The notes: generated by a model not told the origin, from the letters alone. A stretch of DNA of 61,692 nt, filler included, from Chiloscyllium plagiosum (GCF_004010195.1; 4 parts of one record of this genome joined end to end with filler, not necessarily neighbours in it); one strand, 5' to 3'. Counted from the first letter of the whole stretch, positions 22,957 through 36,330 are shown. Numbers and translations are program-made.

Positions 22957-25900
22957 CCTCCTGGATCTAGAGGTAGGGACACTATCACTATGCCCCAAGA
23001 ACCCTAACGGTAGGAGGACACTACTCCAGATGACTGGCAACAACTGTTTTAATAGGTAACTTCTATTTTGTTAGGTCCAACAATATGTACCAAGTTGTTA
23101 TGATTTTTACACAGACTGATGCTAAAGGCCCTTCATGCTGATAAAATTGAGACAAACTGTGAAATGTGCAGAGTGTATGATTTAACTGCCTGGGGCAAGA
23201 ATGTCTGCATGATGTATAAATTTTAATGTCACATTATAAGGTTTGAGGGATTCAGAACAGAGAAAACAAAGCTCCATATTTATGATTTTCATCAACTAAA
23301 ATATTCAATCTGCAACACTCAGAACCAGGAATTCAATTACTGAATGAAATATGCGCTCAATATATACTGAAAAAATGTAAGCCATCAGGGCTGGGGAGAT
23401 ATTGTTGCTTTACGCCAGTGCACAGTACTGTACAATATAGTCCAGCTCTATATTGTATTGTATAAATATACACGTAATCATACCAAATATTATGTAAATC
23501 TATGTTTTGGGGTCCAGAACAATGCTGAGGAACTGCTGCCATATGTTGTGTAATTTATGTCTGTAAAGTCAACTTTCAGGTTGTGAGATCCATGGTTAAG
23601 AAGACAGAAATGAGTGGTGAGAAAATAGCTAAAAATCAATTCAGTGTTTGATCTGCCAGAGTAATGTGCGTAAAAGAATAGAAGTTAGGGACTATCACTG
23701 AAACTAAAAATAGGACAAGAAAGGGAAATTATCAAAATCTACATAAATCAAATCTGAAATAAAGTGTTGGGAAATATACATCATGTTGGGTCTGAATCCT
23801 AAAGAATTAAAAAAATCAAATGCTAAAGGATTAATTTTAACACTTGGCACTCTGGATATGTCTGCACTGATCCCTCTACCTTGCTGCGGATTATGATCCA
23901 AACTTGTTCATCTGAGCAGCTAAGAGAGACATCTATGATAAACCAAAGGAAACTCCTCTAAAACATGCAGCTCAGGCTCTTATGAAATAAACTAGAAGCA
24001 CTGCCATGCACTGGAGCCCTATGCTGAGTTGGTTTTGCCACTGAGTTGGCTTAATATGAAGAAGAGCTGACCCCAGAGAAGATATTGTGTTTTCACTGGG
24101 AGTTTTGTTGTGGAACCTTTGGCATCCCCTACGTCGGGCTTCCCTTTCACTCTCTTGGTCTGAGGTCCTTTTAAAACCCAAAAGTGGCTTTAAATTGATT
24201 CCATCAGCAGTAATCTCTCAATACCCAAAAGCCTACTCCTACCAACCAACCATCCCGCTATTTATGAGGCCTCTGTAAATGCAGTCTATGCATTACCTCC
24301 TGGGTCTAAAGCTGCAGAGTTCTGAACGGTTTAGAGCCCATTACAGATTACCAATTTAAATTTCTTCTGGTGTACTTTATTTCAGTTAATGCTATTCTCT
24401 GTAGTATGGAATCAGTCTAACAGCTGTCTTACACTATAGTTTGGGCTCTTCACAAAAATGTGGTATTAAAGGAATTGTAATCTCTATTGCAGAGAAGACA
24501 ACCAAGATAAGTGAAAGTAGACATGTCAGAAACATTTGGCAATGGATGAGGAAGACAGGACTGCAAGGCCTAGAGGCAGCTGACAGGCATAACATTATGG
24601 GAAGGTTGGAATGGATCAGAAATGGAAGTCAACATGTTTTAGTAAAAGAAGAAATGTTATAATAAGAAAGGAAATCTACAGTGAGAGCTTCAACAACTAA
24701 CTGAGAGGTAACTAGTCAGGACATTAATAGTTCCGGTCTGCCTTCATAGCTGAGGATTGCACTAAACAGGAGGATAGAAAATAGGAGCAGGCAATTCAGC
24801 CCTTAGTGCCTGCTCTACCATTCAATGAGATTGTGGCTGATTATCCAACTCAGTATCCTGTTCTGCTTTGATCTCTGTAGGCCTTGGATCTATACAAACT
24901 CCTTTAATGTTTTGGGCTGAACCGCTTTCTGTGGAACAGAATTCCTCAGGACCATCTTTCACTGGGTGAGGAAAATTTCCTGCATCTTAGTCCTAAATGC
25001 CTTACCTCATTTCCTTAGACTGTGACCCTTCTTTCTGGACTCCCCAGTATCAGAATAATCCTTGATATGATAATCAGGGACCAGTGCTTTAAAAAGTATG
25101 CATTTATTGGGAGTCAATGGTACAAGACTGTTGAACAGAAAGTTTCATTGGTAATTTTTGGCAGCTTTTGATCATTAGTCCAGGCAGTAATTAATTGAAA
25201 ATAGGCAGTAATTTGGAGAAGTATAGATCAATTTTTTATTTGATACTCTGATCCCCAGGATGACCCATGATAGCCAGGGTCATCATCATCTCAGGGTTGG
25301 GTTTTCACACCAGAAGTAGACTTACAGGAATGTCCACTCAATATAATTGTCAGAAGCTCAGAACAGCATCATACCTTTCCTGATACAGTCATGGATTGGA
25401 GCAGAGGGGGAAAGAGAATATCAATTAGTGATGGTCAGGTTTGCCAGGAGAATTGTTTGCAAATTAATTTAATTTTCCTCCTTTTTTTTCTCTCTCTTGC
25501 TGGACTGTTTATCGTTAAATTTCCAATTCTCCCATAAGCCTCCCAATTGTGCTCCTTTTCCTCTGATATCTGACTGTTCTATACCTTGATTATTTTACTC
25601 CTTTCCTAGCAACTCCTCCCTCTTCTATACTCTTGACTCCCACTCACTGCCTGTTTCTTTTTCACTGCCTTCCCCCAATACCTAGTACTTCTCTCCCTGC
25701 TCTCCCCATTCTCTCCCTCTTCCCTTCTCCTCACCTCTCTTTTTAAGTTTGCTTCCCTCCACCTTCCTGTCTTCCTCTCCCTATTACCTTCATGCTAAGT
25801 CCAATATCGCCCAGCCGCTAACCTTGTTTCACCTGAATTGGTTGAGATCATCCATGTGACAAACCATAAGGGATTGAATGAACTGAATTTAAATTGGCCA

Positions 25901-26637
25901 GTACAGATAGGCACAATGAATGTAATTTAGCAGAATGCATTGACTCTTCGAATAACTATTACAATGGGTGGGCTTTCTTCAGTTCTTAGTATTTTATTGT
26001 CAGTAGCCTTCTTTTAAACAGGAGGGTCAATTTCTAAAGCATTACATGGATGAATTTAGATATTTTAGCAAAAAGTGAAGGAGCTTATGAAAGAAAGAGG
26101 GATAAACAGAGTGAAAGAATTACGTTACTTTGTTTATACAGTCATTAGTAGCTTTTCTTTACTGTTACATAGTTTTTAGTTTAAGTTTTAAACTAAGGGA
26201 GGCAGAGTATGTACAGAGACTGCGGTCAGAGGGTAAGAGAACAAGGTGAGAAAGAAATGGTATGCTTTCTTCATTCAAGATATTTTGATGATGAAGATGA
26301 ATTTTGTATCCAATTAATTATCCCCATCAAGTATTGTTAATAGGCAATAGTCAATATTATTGGCTTGTACCTATGAGACAGAAATTCTAATTTATAACAC
26401 CCATGAGACAGATAGACTTGATGAGAAGCCACAAGCAGATAGATGGCCATTTTCCTCATTGTAAGATTTTAGTGTAATTGAATTTTGAAATCAAATAAAC
26501 TTATTTGTTGGAGATAGGCAGAAATAGAGAATAGGGAGAAGAATAGTGGGAAATCTGGGGAGAACCAGTGGGAGAATGAAAATGGTGAAAGAAGTTTACC
26601 CACAATAAATTGGAGTAGAATTAAGTGTGATCTGACT

Positions 26638-26975
26638 ATTTTTTGTTCATTCATGGGACGTGGACTTGGCTGGCGAGGCCAGCAATTAGTACCAAGGAGT
26701 AGTTAAGGATCAATCACATTGCTGCAGGTCTGGAGTAACATGTAGACCAGATCAGATAAAGATGCAAAGTTTTCTTGCCTGAAGGGCATTCGTGAACCAG
26801 ATGGGATTTCTTTCTCAACAATGGACAATGGTCATCATTAGATTTATAATTCCAGATCTTTTTCTTAAGAATCCAATTCAATTTCCACCATCTACTTTGG
26901 CAGGATTTGAACCATGGTCCCCAGAACATTACCAGATTAACAGTCAAGGTAACACCATTACACCAACGCCTCTCC
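26638..26975 (-). mobile_element. tRNA-derived SINE with a LINE-type tail
   Basis: Homologous to 28735-29092 (cacattgctg..ggtc.tggagt, gaaccagatggg, aattcaaatt.ccaccatct). Confidence 0.65.
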
Positions 26976-28091
26976 TTGAAAAAATGCAAAGCTTTTGTTA
27001 TATTACAAATAAACATACTACAATGTTCGTGAACCGATTTGGGTTCTGCTAACACTGACAGTGACTGTCAATACAATATGCCACACCATTCATTATATTG
27101 AATTTATAAACGTAGTGGTGTCCTCCTGTTGGCTTGCCCTAGATTAATTTGCAACTGATGTCTAACATTAAATATATTACATAAAGAGAAACGTACTGCA
27201 GATAAAATTGAAAGGAAATATGTAAAAGGTAAAAATATAATCATTAAAAAGTTGGATAAGTATTATTCCTAACACTGATGATTATCAAGTCCTTCAGTCA
27301 TTTGTTGACACATACAGTGCAAAGATATGTTCTGTGAACTACGGTCATATAATTTACCTTGTGAATGCCTCATGAGTCTTTTCCAGTCATATGTTTCTGC
27401 TTCAAATTGCCAGTTGTTTCAAATTAATTTTACCCTAAATATATTCATATAATGATGTTATCTTGAATGAATAATAATCTTGTTTCTTGACTGAAATTAT
27501 AGGTCCAGGGAAAGATGCAGAAAGCAGTGAGTCTAAAACTCACACAATTATCATTATTATTGGATTAGAATTGGTGTAAATCCCAAAGCCATTTTCTTCC
27601 ACCTTTGCAGTCTTGAAAACTCTTTGGTGCCCTCAGGATTTTGTGGATATATGTCCAATACAACTGGTATAATAAAGGGCGGTAACCTATCAATATCCCT
27701 ATAAGATTCTACCCTATTAATTCATAAATATAGAATTGGTGTAAATCCAAAAGCCATTTTTTACATAAATATGATTTAATTCTTAAAACTGACACAATTG
27801 ATAAATGGGGAAATTTCTCCCTTTGATAGTTATAAAGACTTAATATATTAAGGCACAGAGCTGCTCATACTGAGTCAGAGGGTTCACAATTCCATAACAT
27901 CCCAGATGTTTACACCAAATATGGATAACATTAGGATCAGCAATTCACACTAAGTCAAGTTCTATTTTTGTAAAATGTTTTTTTCCTGGGAATTTGCTTT
28001 GGTAGTTGATTCTCAATGCTATCATATAAATAACAAATGAAAATGCTGAATATACTCAGCAAATCTAGCAGCAACATGGACAGAGGCACCG

Positions 28092-28128
28092 AGTTAATAT
28101 TTCAGGTCTATGACCTTTCTTCAGAACT
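28092..28128 (-). ncRNA. Minimal type I hammerhead ribozyme motif with intact core, in an old Penelope-type terminus
   Basis: Minus strand reads AGTT CTGAAGA A AGGTC ATA GACCT GAAA TA T T AACT: stem I AGTT/AACT, perfect 5-bp stem II, helix-III palindrome ATAT. Confidence 0.7.
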
Positions 28129-28734
28129 GGAGAAGATTAGAAATGGAATCCATGTGTGGAGAAGAACACAACAGGAGGATAGCAATCTAAAATAGTACTA
28201 AGAAATCCAATGGGGAATTCAGAAGAAACTCTTTGCTCAAACAGTGTTGAGAACATGGAAATCACGACCACAGGGAATGCTTGAAGTGAACAGTATAGAT
28301 TCACTTAAAGGGAGGCTAGACAAGCAATATGAGTGAATGGGGAATAGAGGGCAGGAAAATTAATTCTAAGTCCGGGCTTTTGGAAGAGGCGGAGGCTTCA
28401 AGTGAAACATTACCACATGTACTAAAAGGTACAGAGTTGGAATTAACCCACCCTGCCTTCCACTCCCTTTTCTAAACTGATATGGTGCATGAAGAGTGTT
28501 AACTTTTATGAATGCCATATCTCTGCCTCTGAGACCAATTTTAATCTATTGTGCTTTACAGGATTAAAGTGGTAGAGGTCTGAAGTGGGGTCAGCAGCAT
28601 TGCTGTGCCTGTAAGATATGGTCATTTTGAATCATCCTACTGCTTAATGTCCAAATTGTCTGAATGTTTCAGGCGGTAGTTCCCTTTAAATACACAGCTC
28701 AGGAGTTATTAGTAAACCCAGTTGCTGCTTTTGA

Positions 28735-29092
28735 ACTTTTTAAAAATTCACTCAGAGGATGTTCGCTGCACTGACTGCTCCAGCAACAATTGCTCGTTAT
28801 TCAGGGGCCACCAGTTTCATTCCTTTCAAATTTTGATACAACAGAGTGGCTTGCTAGGACTTTTCAGAGAGCAGTTAAGAGTCAACCACATTGCTGTGGT
28901 CCTGGAGTCCAGACTAAGGAAGGATGGGAGATTTCCCTCCCTAAAGCAGGTTAGTAAACCAGATGGGACCATTGTTAAAATGTTATAACTGGACATTCTG
29001 AATTCAAATTCCACCATCTGCTGAGCCCCCAGAATATACCACAGGTTGCTGAATTATTAGTCCAGTGGCAATACTACAACACCAGTGCCTCC
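28735..29092 (-). mobile_element. SINE of the same family as 26638-26975
   Basis: Shared internal motifs. Confidence 0.65.
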
Positions 29093-29199
29093 CCATTCAC
29101 AGTTCCATGTAGCCTACAGGCCATGAAGGATGGGTGCTCCTGTGTACTTCACAAAGGTAACTTGGATCATCCCTGCTTCTACCCTTGCCCCCTCCCATC

Positions 29200-29698
29200 A
29201 CTCACAACAGCATGAAAATATAACACTTTACAACATTCTGAACTTAATACTGAGTTCAAAGTCTTCAAATTGTGAACTCATTCCCATTCCTTGCCTTTGT
29301 TTCAGCTTTGCTTGTTACATTCTCTGTACCCTCTCTCCCCCTACCCCCACCCCAATGGGACTGTCTTCCTTTCCAGTCTGGCAGTTAGACTCACCATTGT
29401 CTGCCATTCTCAAATTCCAATCACTTAATCTGAACTATCAACATAATTTATTCTCCAGCACTCCACCACCATCTCCCCACCTCACCTCCACCATCCCTCC
29501 CCCCCACCAACAGCATAAATGCTGCCCCCTCCACACTTCATTTCAGCTCTGATGAAGAGTATTCTAGACTGGAAACGTTAGCTTGCTCTCTCTATGGATG
29601 CTGCGTGATCTGCTGTGATCTCCAGTATTCATTCCTTTCCGGTCTGGCAGTTAGACGCACCATTGTCTGCTATTTTCAAATTCCAATCACTGAATCTG
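29200..29698 (+). mobile_element. Penelope-type 3' terminus with a partial tandem duplication
   Basis: Hammerhead motif at 29545; a 67-bp segment at 29366-29432 is repeated at 29632-29698. Confidence 0.6.
29545..29583 (+). ncRNA. Minimal hammerhead motif with one mismatch at the base of stem II
   Basis: AGCT CTGATGA A GAGT ATTCTAG ACTG GAAA CG TT AGCT; stem I AGCT/AGCT. Confidence 0.5.
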
Positions 29699-29709
29699 GG
29701 TTCCTGCTA

Positions 29710-30012
29710 TAATTTGGAGGTGCCGATGTTGGACTGGTGTGGACAAAATCAGAAATTACACGATACCAAGTTATAGTCCAACAGGTTTATTTGAAATCAC
29801 AAGCTTTCGGAGCATAGCCCCTTCGTCAGGTGAAGTGAGAGGGGAAGAACACAGACACAGAATTAATGGGCACTTGATCTCTCTGCCCATTAACTCTGTG
29901 TTTGTGTTCTTCCCCTCTCACTACACCTGACAAAGGGGGCTATGCTCCGAAAGCTTGCGATTTCAAATAAACCTGTTAGACTATAACATGATATCATGTG
30001 ATTTCTGACTTT
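29710..30012. mobile_element. Palindromic Penelope-derived mini-element (AGCT family)
   Basis: Inverted arms of about 130 bp (29744-29872 and 29884-30013) around an 11-nt loop; TSD-like g(g/a)gtt(c/a)ctgcta at 29698-29709 and 30013-30024. Confidence 0.8.
29797..29833 (-). ncRNA. Minimal type I hammerhead ribozyme motif with intact core
   Basis: Minus strand reads TCAC CTGACGA A GGGGC TAT GCTCC GAAA GC T T GTGA: stem I TCAC/GTGA, helix-III palindrome AGCT. Confidence 0.7.
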
Positions 30013-30711
30013 GAGTTACTGCTAGATTGAGCTCACACTGAAGCACACCCCAAAATGAAAGCTTTTTAAATATAGATTCTGTTTTACTGGATCAGAAAAT
30101 GCTAACATTTTTAATCAAGTCCAAAATTTTAACTGGCATGACTTTATTATTTACATAACCATGTGCAATCACCTCATAAAAGATCTTGTCCTCTTCTGTA
30201 AAATGATCTAATTTGGTTTCAAAATTAATCCCCAAAAAACCTTGGTTATTCTTTGTCTTTTAAGGAAGTTCTTCTTTAAAATTACTTCAGTCAACGTTTT
30301 TTATGATCAGTGTTGACGGACTTTATGGGCTGTGGTATTTGCAGCAGTCCACGAAATCATTGAAGTCTCATAAAGTTTATCAATGCAAAACACAATAAAA
30401 TTCAACAGCCACTTTAAAATTGTGAACAGAAAATACAACCTATGAAAAATAAAAGTGTCTATCCAATATTTGTAAATATCCTTTATCCAATGATTTGTTA
30501 TAATATTACAAAGAAAGATGCAAAGGCAAATCAGTTTTCATAGTGATTTTTAACTTTCATGTAGATTGAGCTCAGCAGATTTCCCTTGTCAGAAAGGTAA
30601 TGAATTTCATGAGTGGGATCAGAATAATTTTTTACAAAGTATGTCCAAGAGCCATTAAGGAGGCATATCATATTAGATTTAGTAATGGATTATTAGACAG
30701 AACTAAAGGAA

Positions 30712-31215
30712 GAATGTTGTGAAACTTGAAAGGGTTCAAAAAACATTTACAAGGACATTACCAGAGTTTGAGTATTTGAGCTATAGGGAGGAGGTAAATA
30801 GGCTGGGGCTATTTTCCTGGAGTGTCGGAGGCTGAGGGGTGATGTTATAGAGGTTTATAAAATCATGAGGAGCATGGATAGGGTAAATAGACAAGGTCTT
30901 TTCCCTGGGGTGGGAGAATCCAAAACTAGAGGGCATAGGTTTAAGGTGAGAGAGGAAAGATAAAAGAGACCTAAGGGGTAACTTTTTCATGCAGAGGGTG
31001 GTACGTGTATGGAATGAGCTGCCAGAGGAAGTGGCGGAGGCTGGTACAATTACAACTTTTAAAAGGCATCTGGATGGGTATATGAATAGGAAGGGTTTAG
31101 AGGGATATGGGCCAAATGTTGGCAAATGGCACCAGATTTATTTGGGATATCTGGTCAGCATGGACAAGTTGGACCAAAGGGTCTGTTTCCGTGCTGGACA
31201 TCTCTACGAGTCTAT
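30712..31215 (+). mobile_element. CR1 3' end
   Basis: MQRVVRVWNELPEEVAEAGTITTFKRHLDGYM. Confidence 0.88.
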
Positions 31216-32584
31216 AACTTTACTTAGATAACAGTTCTGTAATAGAGATCATAATATGATAAAGTTCAATGTAATGTTTGTAAAGAGGAAATCTGATACA
31301 ACTACTAAAATTCTAGATTTAAATGGGAATCAGTGGAAGATATTCAAAAACAGTTACTTTCCTAAATAGCTGTAGATGTCCAAGAGATAGAATGCAACTC
31401 AAATCTAAAAGAAAAAGCACATAAAAATGCAAAATAAAAAAGCATAGGTGAGAACAGTGTAGATGTCCTAATTATAATCTTGCAAAGTTATCTTCATTCA
31501 GGAACTGTTATTTTAGATTGAAAAATTAAACATGCCACTCGCTTTTTAATAATGGTTACTTTGGGCTACCAGGGAATTGCAGACAAGTTAGCCTAATATC
31601 TGCTGTCAAGAAAGCATTATACTCCAAATTAAGGATAAAGTGACTGTACACCTTAGGTTTTCAGCTAAGCAAAGGGACTTTTTAAATGGTGGGTCATGCC
31701 TGTTGAACATGGTGAAATGTTTTGAGGGGGAAACTTCAGCATTGGACAGAGGAATATTAACAGCAACTCTGGCTGAAAGTAAGAATAAATCTCCAAGATA
31801 AATGCATTGCAAAGATCAGTTGCAACTTACAAAGTATTCAACACCAGTGGAAATACATAACGACAAACAACACATGCAAAGTATTGTCAGGTTTGGTAGC
31901 GCACTTGGCAACTGATATTTTGCAATGGGGGTGAAGCAAGTTTAGCCTCATATTGTGCTCATTATGAAAAGTCTACAGGAACCTGATGAGGCTGTAAATT
32001 GAAAACTCTGGAACAGCATATTATTATGCAAAGCAGGACTGAGATTCTAATCTTCATACAAGGAAGTTTGCAGATTTGCCATTGGTAGCACTGGAACCTT
32101 TTATGTATCATACCTGTCAGGGTCATTAACTTATGCTTTCATCTCAAATTGCTGATCTAACTGCTGGACTTTTATGGCTCAGAGGATTGCCTCAAGAGAG
32201 GTGACAAATCTGTATGCTTCTCCTGGAGAAAGGTAGCTTGAATTTGCTACTACCTTCAGTGTTGTCTTTTACAAAACAGACGAAAACAATTTACCAATCC
32301 AAGCAATTCTTTCCTTTATTCTATCTGGTAATAAAACTTCAGTTTTAGGCATTATGATTTAGTGCTAAAATTAGATAGCAGGAAACATTATCTTTTGTGA
32401 TAGTCAAATTGGTTCTAATTAACCGAATAAACTTAAATTACAACATAGTTCTGTGGTTTAAAAGGTCACTTTTATCTTTCTTTTCATGCACAGTGAAACT
32501 GAATGACCTGTGCCCTCTTCAATTACTAATTCAGATGACATGAATTTTGGCATTGAGATGTTAAAAAAGGAAAATTTACAATAA

Positions 32585-32765
32585 TCTTGCCACACCACAG
32601 GGCTACTCTCTCATTTGAGAGAGACAACTGGCAGTGGTTTAACCTGAGCATCACTATGCCTGAAGGAAGGTATGAGATACAGAAGGACAGTCCTTTGTGA
32701 TAACCTCAACCAGTTCAGGAATTGAGCCCATATTGCATCACAAATCAACCGAATGAGCTAACCAA
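32585..32765 (-). mobile_element. Short tRNA-derived SINE
   Basis: Homologous to the split copy at 50596-50695 plus 53501-53575. Confidence 0.5.
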
Positions 32766-33221
32766 TTTCCAATAGAGATGTTACAACTTTGCCTTAGAGT
32801 TGTTTGTCTTCTTGTTCACCTTCATGAAATGTTGAAGCTAACTAACTGAGGAAGAATCTTTAATGACCAAAATTATGCTTTCATTGGAAATAGCTTAGCC
32901 TCTTACCTACAGATTCTTCCTTCTAATCTAGCACTGAATTTGTCTGTTTCCCTTTGGGTGGTTTAAGTTGGAATAACTTAAATCATTGGCAACCCTCAAG
33001 TAAAGCTCAATTACCTGCTTCTCTAGGTTGGATTGTGTTCTGGTATCTCTGGTTTCATGTTCATGCAGCTAATTTATTCATTCCTCCACAATTTTAAAAA
33101 CATGACAGAATTTGTGATGTTTGTCCCCCAACAGAGGTGAGAATTAAGGTGCGAGATGCTAAACTTATTTCTTTTTCTGCATTCCTGGCTCCTTATACTT
33201 CATCTGGCATTTCTGTGGATT

Positions 33222-33358
33222 GGGTAAAAACAATGACTGCTGATACTGGAAACCAGAGTCTAGATTAGGGTGGTGCTGTAAAAGCACAGCAGTTCAGGCA
33301 GCATCCGAGGAGCAGTAAAATCGATGTTTCGGGCAAAAGCCCTTCATCAGGAATACAG
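33222..33358 (-). mobile_element. Penelope-type terminal repeat
   Basis: ggtaaaaacaatgactgc...gtttcgggcaaaagcccttcatcaggaat; the core CTGATGA-A-GGGC-TTTT-GCCC-GAAACATC lies on the minus strand. Confidence 0.7.
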
Positions 33359-33639
33359 GGTGGATTTGGAAGGTGTCCAGGTCAAAATACATGCACACCT
33401 CTTCTGAGTTTGGTGACCCACTGTGAGGACCACAGCTTTTGTGTAAAATCGACAGTTTTGGAAACCCAAAAATTGCAAAGGTTTTGGAGCCTGAGTGGAA
33501 ACTGGGAGTCCCATTGTGCACTCACAGGCCTGAAAGGTTCAGGACGTGGCCAACCGCTTAGGTTAAGGAAGTTCTAGAAAGATCTTCAAATTAGGCGATG
33601 TAGGTAGAAGAAAAACACAAAACAGGCAAACTTGTTGCT

Positions 33640-36330
33640 GAGTGTCATAGACATCACTCATTGGTTAGAGAGAGATAGAGGATCAAATATGTAATCAATT
33701 TCAGAAAAGTGTAAGAATAATAAGGTAGCAATAGTAGGGGATCTTAATTACGGAAATACAAGAGTATAAAATGCGGGACCAGAATAAGTCATTCCGCCCA
33801 TCCAGTCCACTCTGCCATTCAATGAGATCATGACTGATCTGATAATCCTCAATTCCACATTCCTGCCTTTCCCACAATCTTACATTCCCTTTCTGATTAA
33901 GTATCTATCTATTTCAGCCTTGAATACAATTTAACGACCTGGTATCGACTGCCCTCTGAGAGATAAAAAGGTTCTCCTTATCTCTGGCTTAAACAGGTGA
34001 TCCCTGATTCTGGGATTATGCCTTTGGTCCTAACCTCTTCCACAAGATGAAACAATCTCTGTGCATCTACCCTGTCAAGCCTCCTAAGAATCTCTTTTTT
34101 TTACCAATATAGTCTCCTCTCATTCTTCTAAACTCCAAAGAGTATAAACCTAACCTACTCATCCTCTCCTGAATTGAAACCTGCAACTCATTCTAAGAAA
34201 TTAAGACTTAACATCAATCTAGGTTTGTTCAATGCAGTACATTGCATCAGTTGTAGGACACTTTGATCTTTAACTATAAATTCTGTGTCCTATGTATTCT
34301 GCTCCACTAGTTACCTGATGAAAGAGCAGCGTTCCAAAAGCTGGTACTTCCAAATAAACCTGTTGGACTATAACTGGTGTTGTGTGATTTTTAACTTTTC
34401 CCACCCCAGTCCAACACCGGTACCTTCACATCAAGATAAGATACCATTTGGCCCAAATGAACTGGAAGCAGGTGTTCGCAAATAAAACTGTGTTGGAACA
34501 GTTGGCAACATTCAAGGAGGAAATGGTAAGAGTACACAGCAAATATGTTCCTGTGCAGACAACAGGTGAGACTAAGACCAGAGATCCCTGGGTGTCAAGG
34601 GGCAAAAAAGTTAGCACTAAGGAAAAAAAGAGAAACTAATGGCAGATAGTGAGAGCTCATTTAGGCAGAGTTTAGAGGAATATGAAAAGTGGTGATCTTA
34701 CAAGAGGGAATTAGGAAAGTTCAGAAAGTGCATGATAAAGTGTTACAGTTGTCACACAGGGGTACCCAAAGGTTTTTTTTTTGGATATATATACAGCAAG
34801 AAAATAACTAGAAAAAAGAGTAAGACCCATTAGGGACCATCAGGGTAATCTGTGTATGGAGCCAGAACATGTGGACACAGGTCTCTATGAATACTTTGAA
34901 TTGGTTTTCACAATGGCAAAGAGAAGGACAGGAAGAGGCTTCTGGATGAAGGAATGTCAAAAAAAACCAGAAGAAATTAACATACAGAGAGAAAGAAGGA
35001 GAAAGACAGAGGAGGTACTATAGAATTTAACAGCCTTGAATGTAGATAGACCTGCAGATGCGAATGAGATGCATTCCTGGCTGTTGAGGGAGATAAGAGA
35101 TAAGATATCTAGAATCCTGGCAGCAATTTTCAGATGTCCTCTGGCCATTGGTGAGGTGTCAAAGGACTGGAGGACTGTAAAAATTATCCCATTATTTAAA
35201 AAGGGAGATAGAGATAGAGCAGGAAGTTCCAAGGCAATCAGTCTTATCTCAGTGGCAATTAAGTTATGAGAAATAATTCAGAGGATAGACTATACCTGTA
35301 CTTGGAGAGACATGGATTAGACAGGAGAGTCAGCATGCATTTTTTTTAGTAGAAAGTCAGGTTTGACAAAACTAATCAAGGTTTTTGATGAGGGGACCAA
35401 TGTGTTGATGAAGCTAATGCATTTGATGTGGTCTACACAGACATTATTGATTTTTTTGATAAAGTCCCTCATGGCAGAAAATAAGAGCCCATGGGATCCA
35501 AGACAAAATAGCACATTGGACGCAAAATTGGCTGAAACAGAGGATGATGGATCAAGGAAGTCTGTTGCCAACCATAAATGTAGAAAATGCTACCAAGAAG
35601 TTCAAAGCAGACAAATTGACAAGATGGTAAATTAGTGAGGAGGTAAGCTAGGTCTGTTGGGCAGAGTAGTGGCAAATGGAATTCAACCCAGAAAAATGAG
35701 AGGTAATTTAGGGAGGAATTATAAAGGAAAGGATTACACTATGTGTGGTTGGAGCCAGGAAATTGCTGAAGATCAAAGGGATCTTGGTATACATATCTAC
35801 AATCCTTGAAAATAGCAGGGAAGGTTGATAAGGTTATTATGAAAGTATATAGGATATTTGCACAATTGAAAATTGTGAGAGAGAAAATTTACCAGGATGC
35901 TGCCTGGGGTGCCGTGTTAGAGATATTTGAAGAGATTGGATAGGTTGTGGTTGTTTTCTCAGGGTTGAGAGGGAGCAGGATAGAGGTGTTTCAGATTATG
36001 AGGGACATAGACAGGGTGGGTAGGAAGACACTTTTTCCATTAGTATAAAGGTCGATAACCAAAGGGTACAGATTTAAGGTAAGACGTAGAATGCCAAAGC
36101 GTGAGTTGTGGATTACCTTATCATTTATAAGGCAATAGGCATCTGGGAATCACTCTCTGCGAGGTAGCTGAGTCAAAACTCTTGACAGTATTTAGATATT
36201 TATGTGCATTTTCACAGCATTCAGGGCTATGCTCCTAAAATAAGTAAAAGAGTCTGATTTTTGTTGACTGTTGCAGACATGATGGGTCATTTGGCCTGCT
36301 TCTGTGTTGTGAATGTCTATGAGTCTGTGT
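33640..36330 (+). mobile_element. Long decayed CR1 ORF2 with a nested antisense CR1 tail (33755-34175) and Penelope fragment (34185-34433)
   Basis: EMHSWLLREIRDKI...GEVSKDWRTVKIIPLFKKGDRD...ISLISV; WQMEFNPEK; 3' tail. Confidence 0.8.
34185..34433 (+). mobile_element. Penelope-type 3' terminus (AGCT family) with a decayed hammerhead
   Basis: tac CTGATGA a agagc agc gttcc AAAA gctg gta, followed by aaataaacctgttggactataac...ccaacaccgg. Confidence 0.6.
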
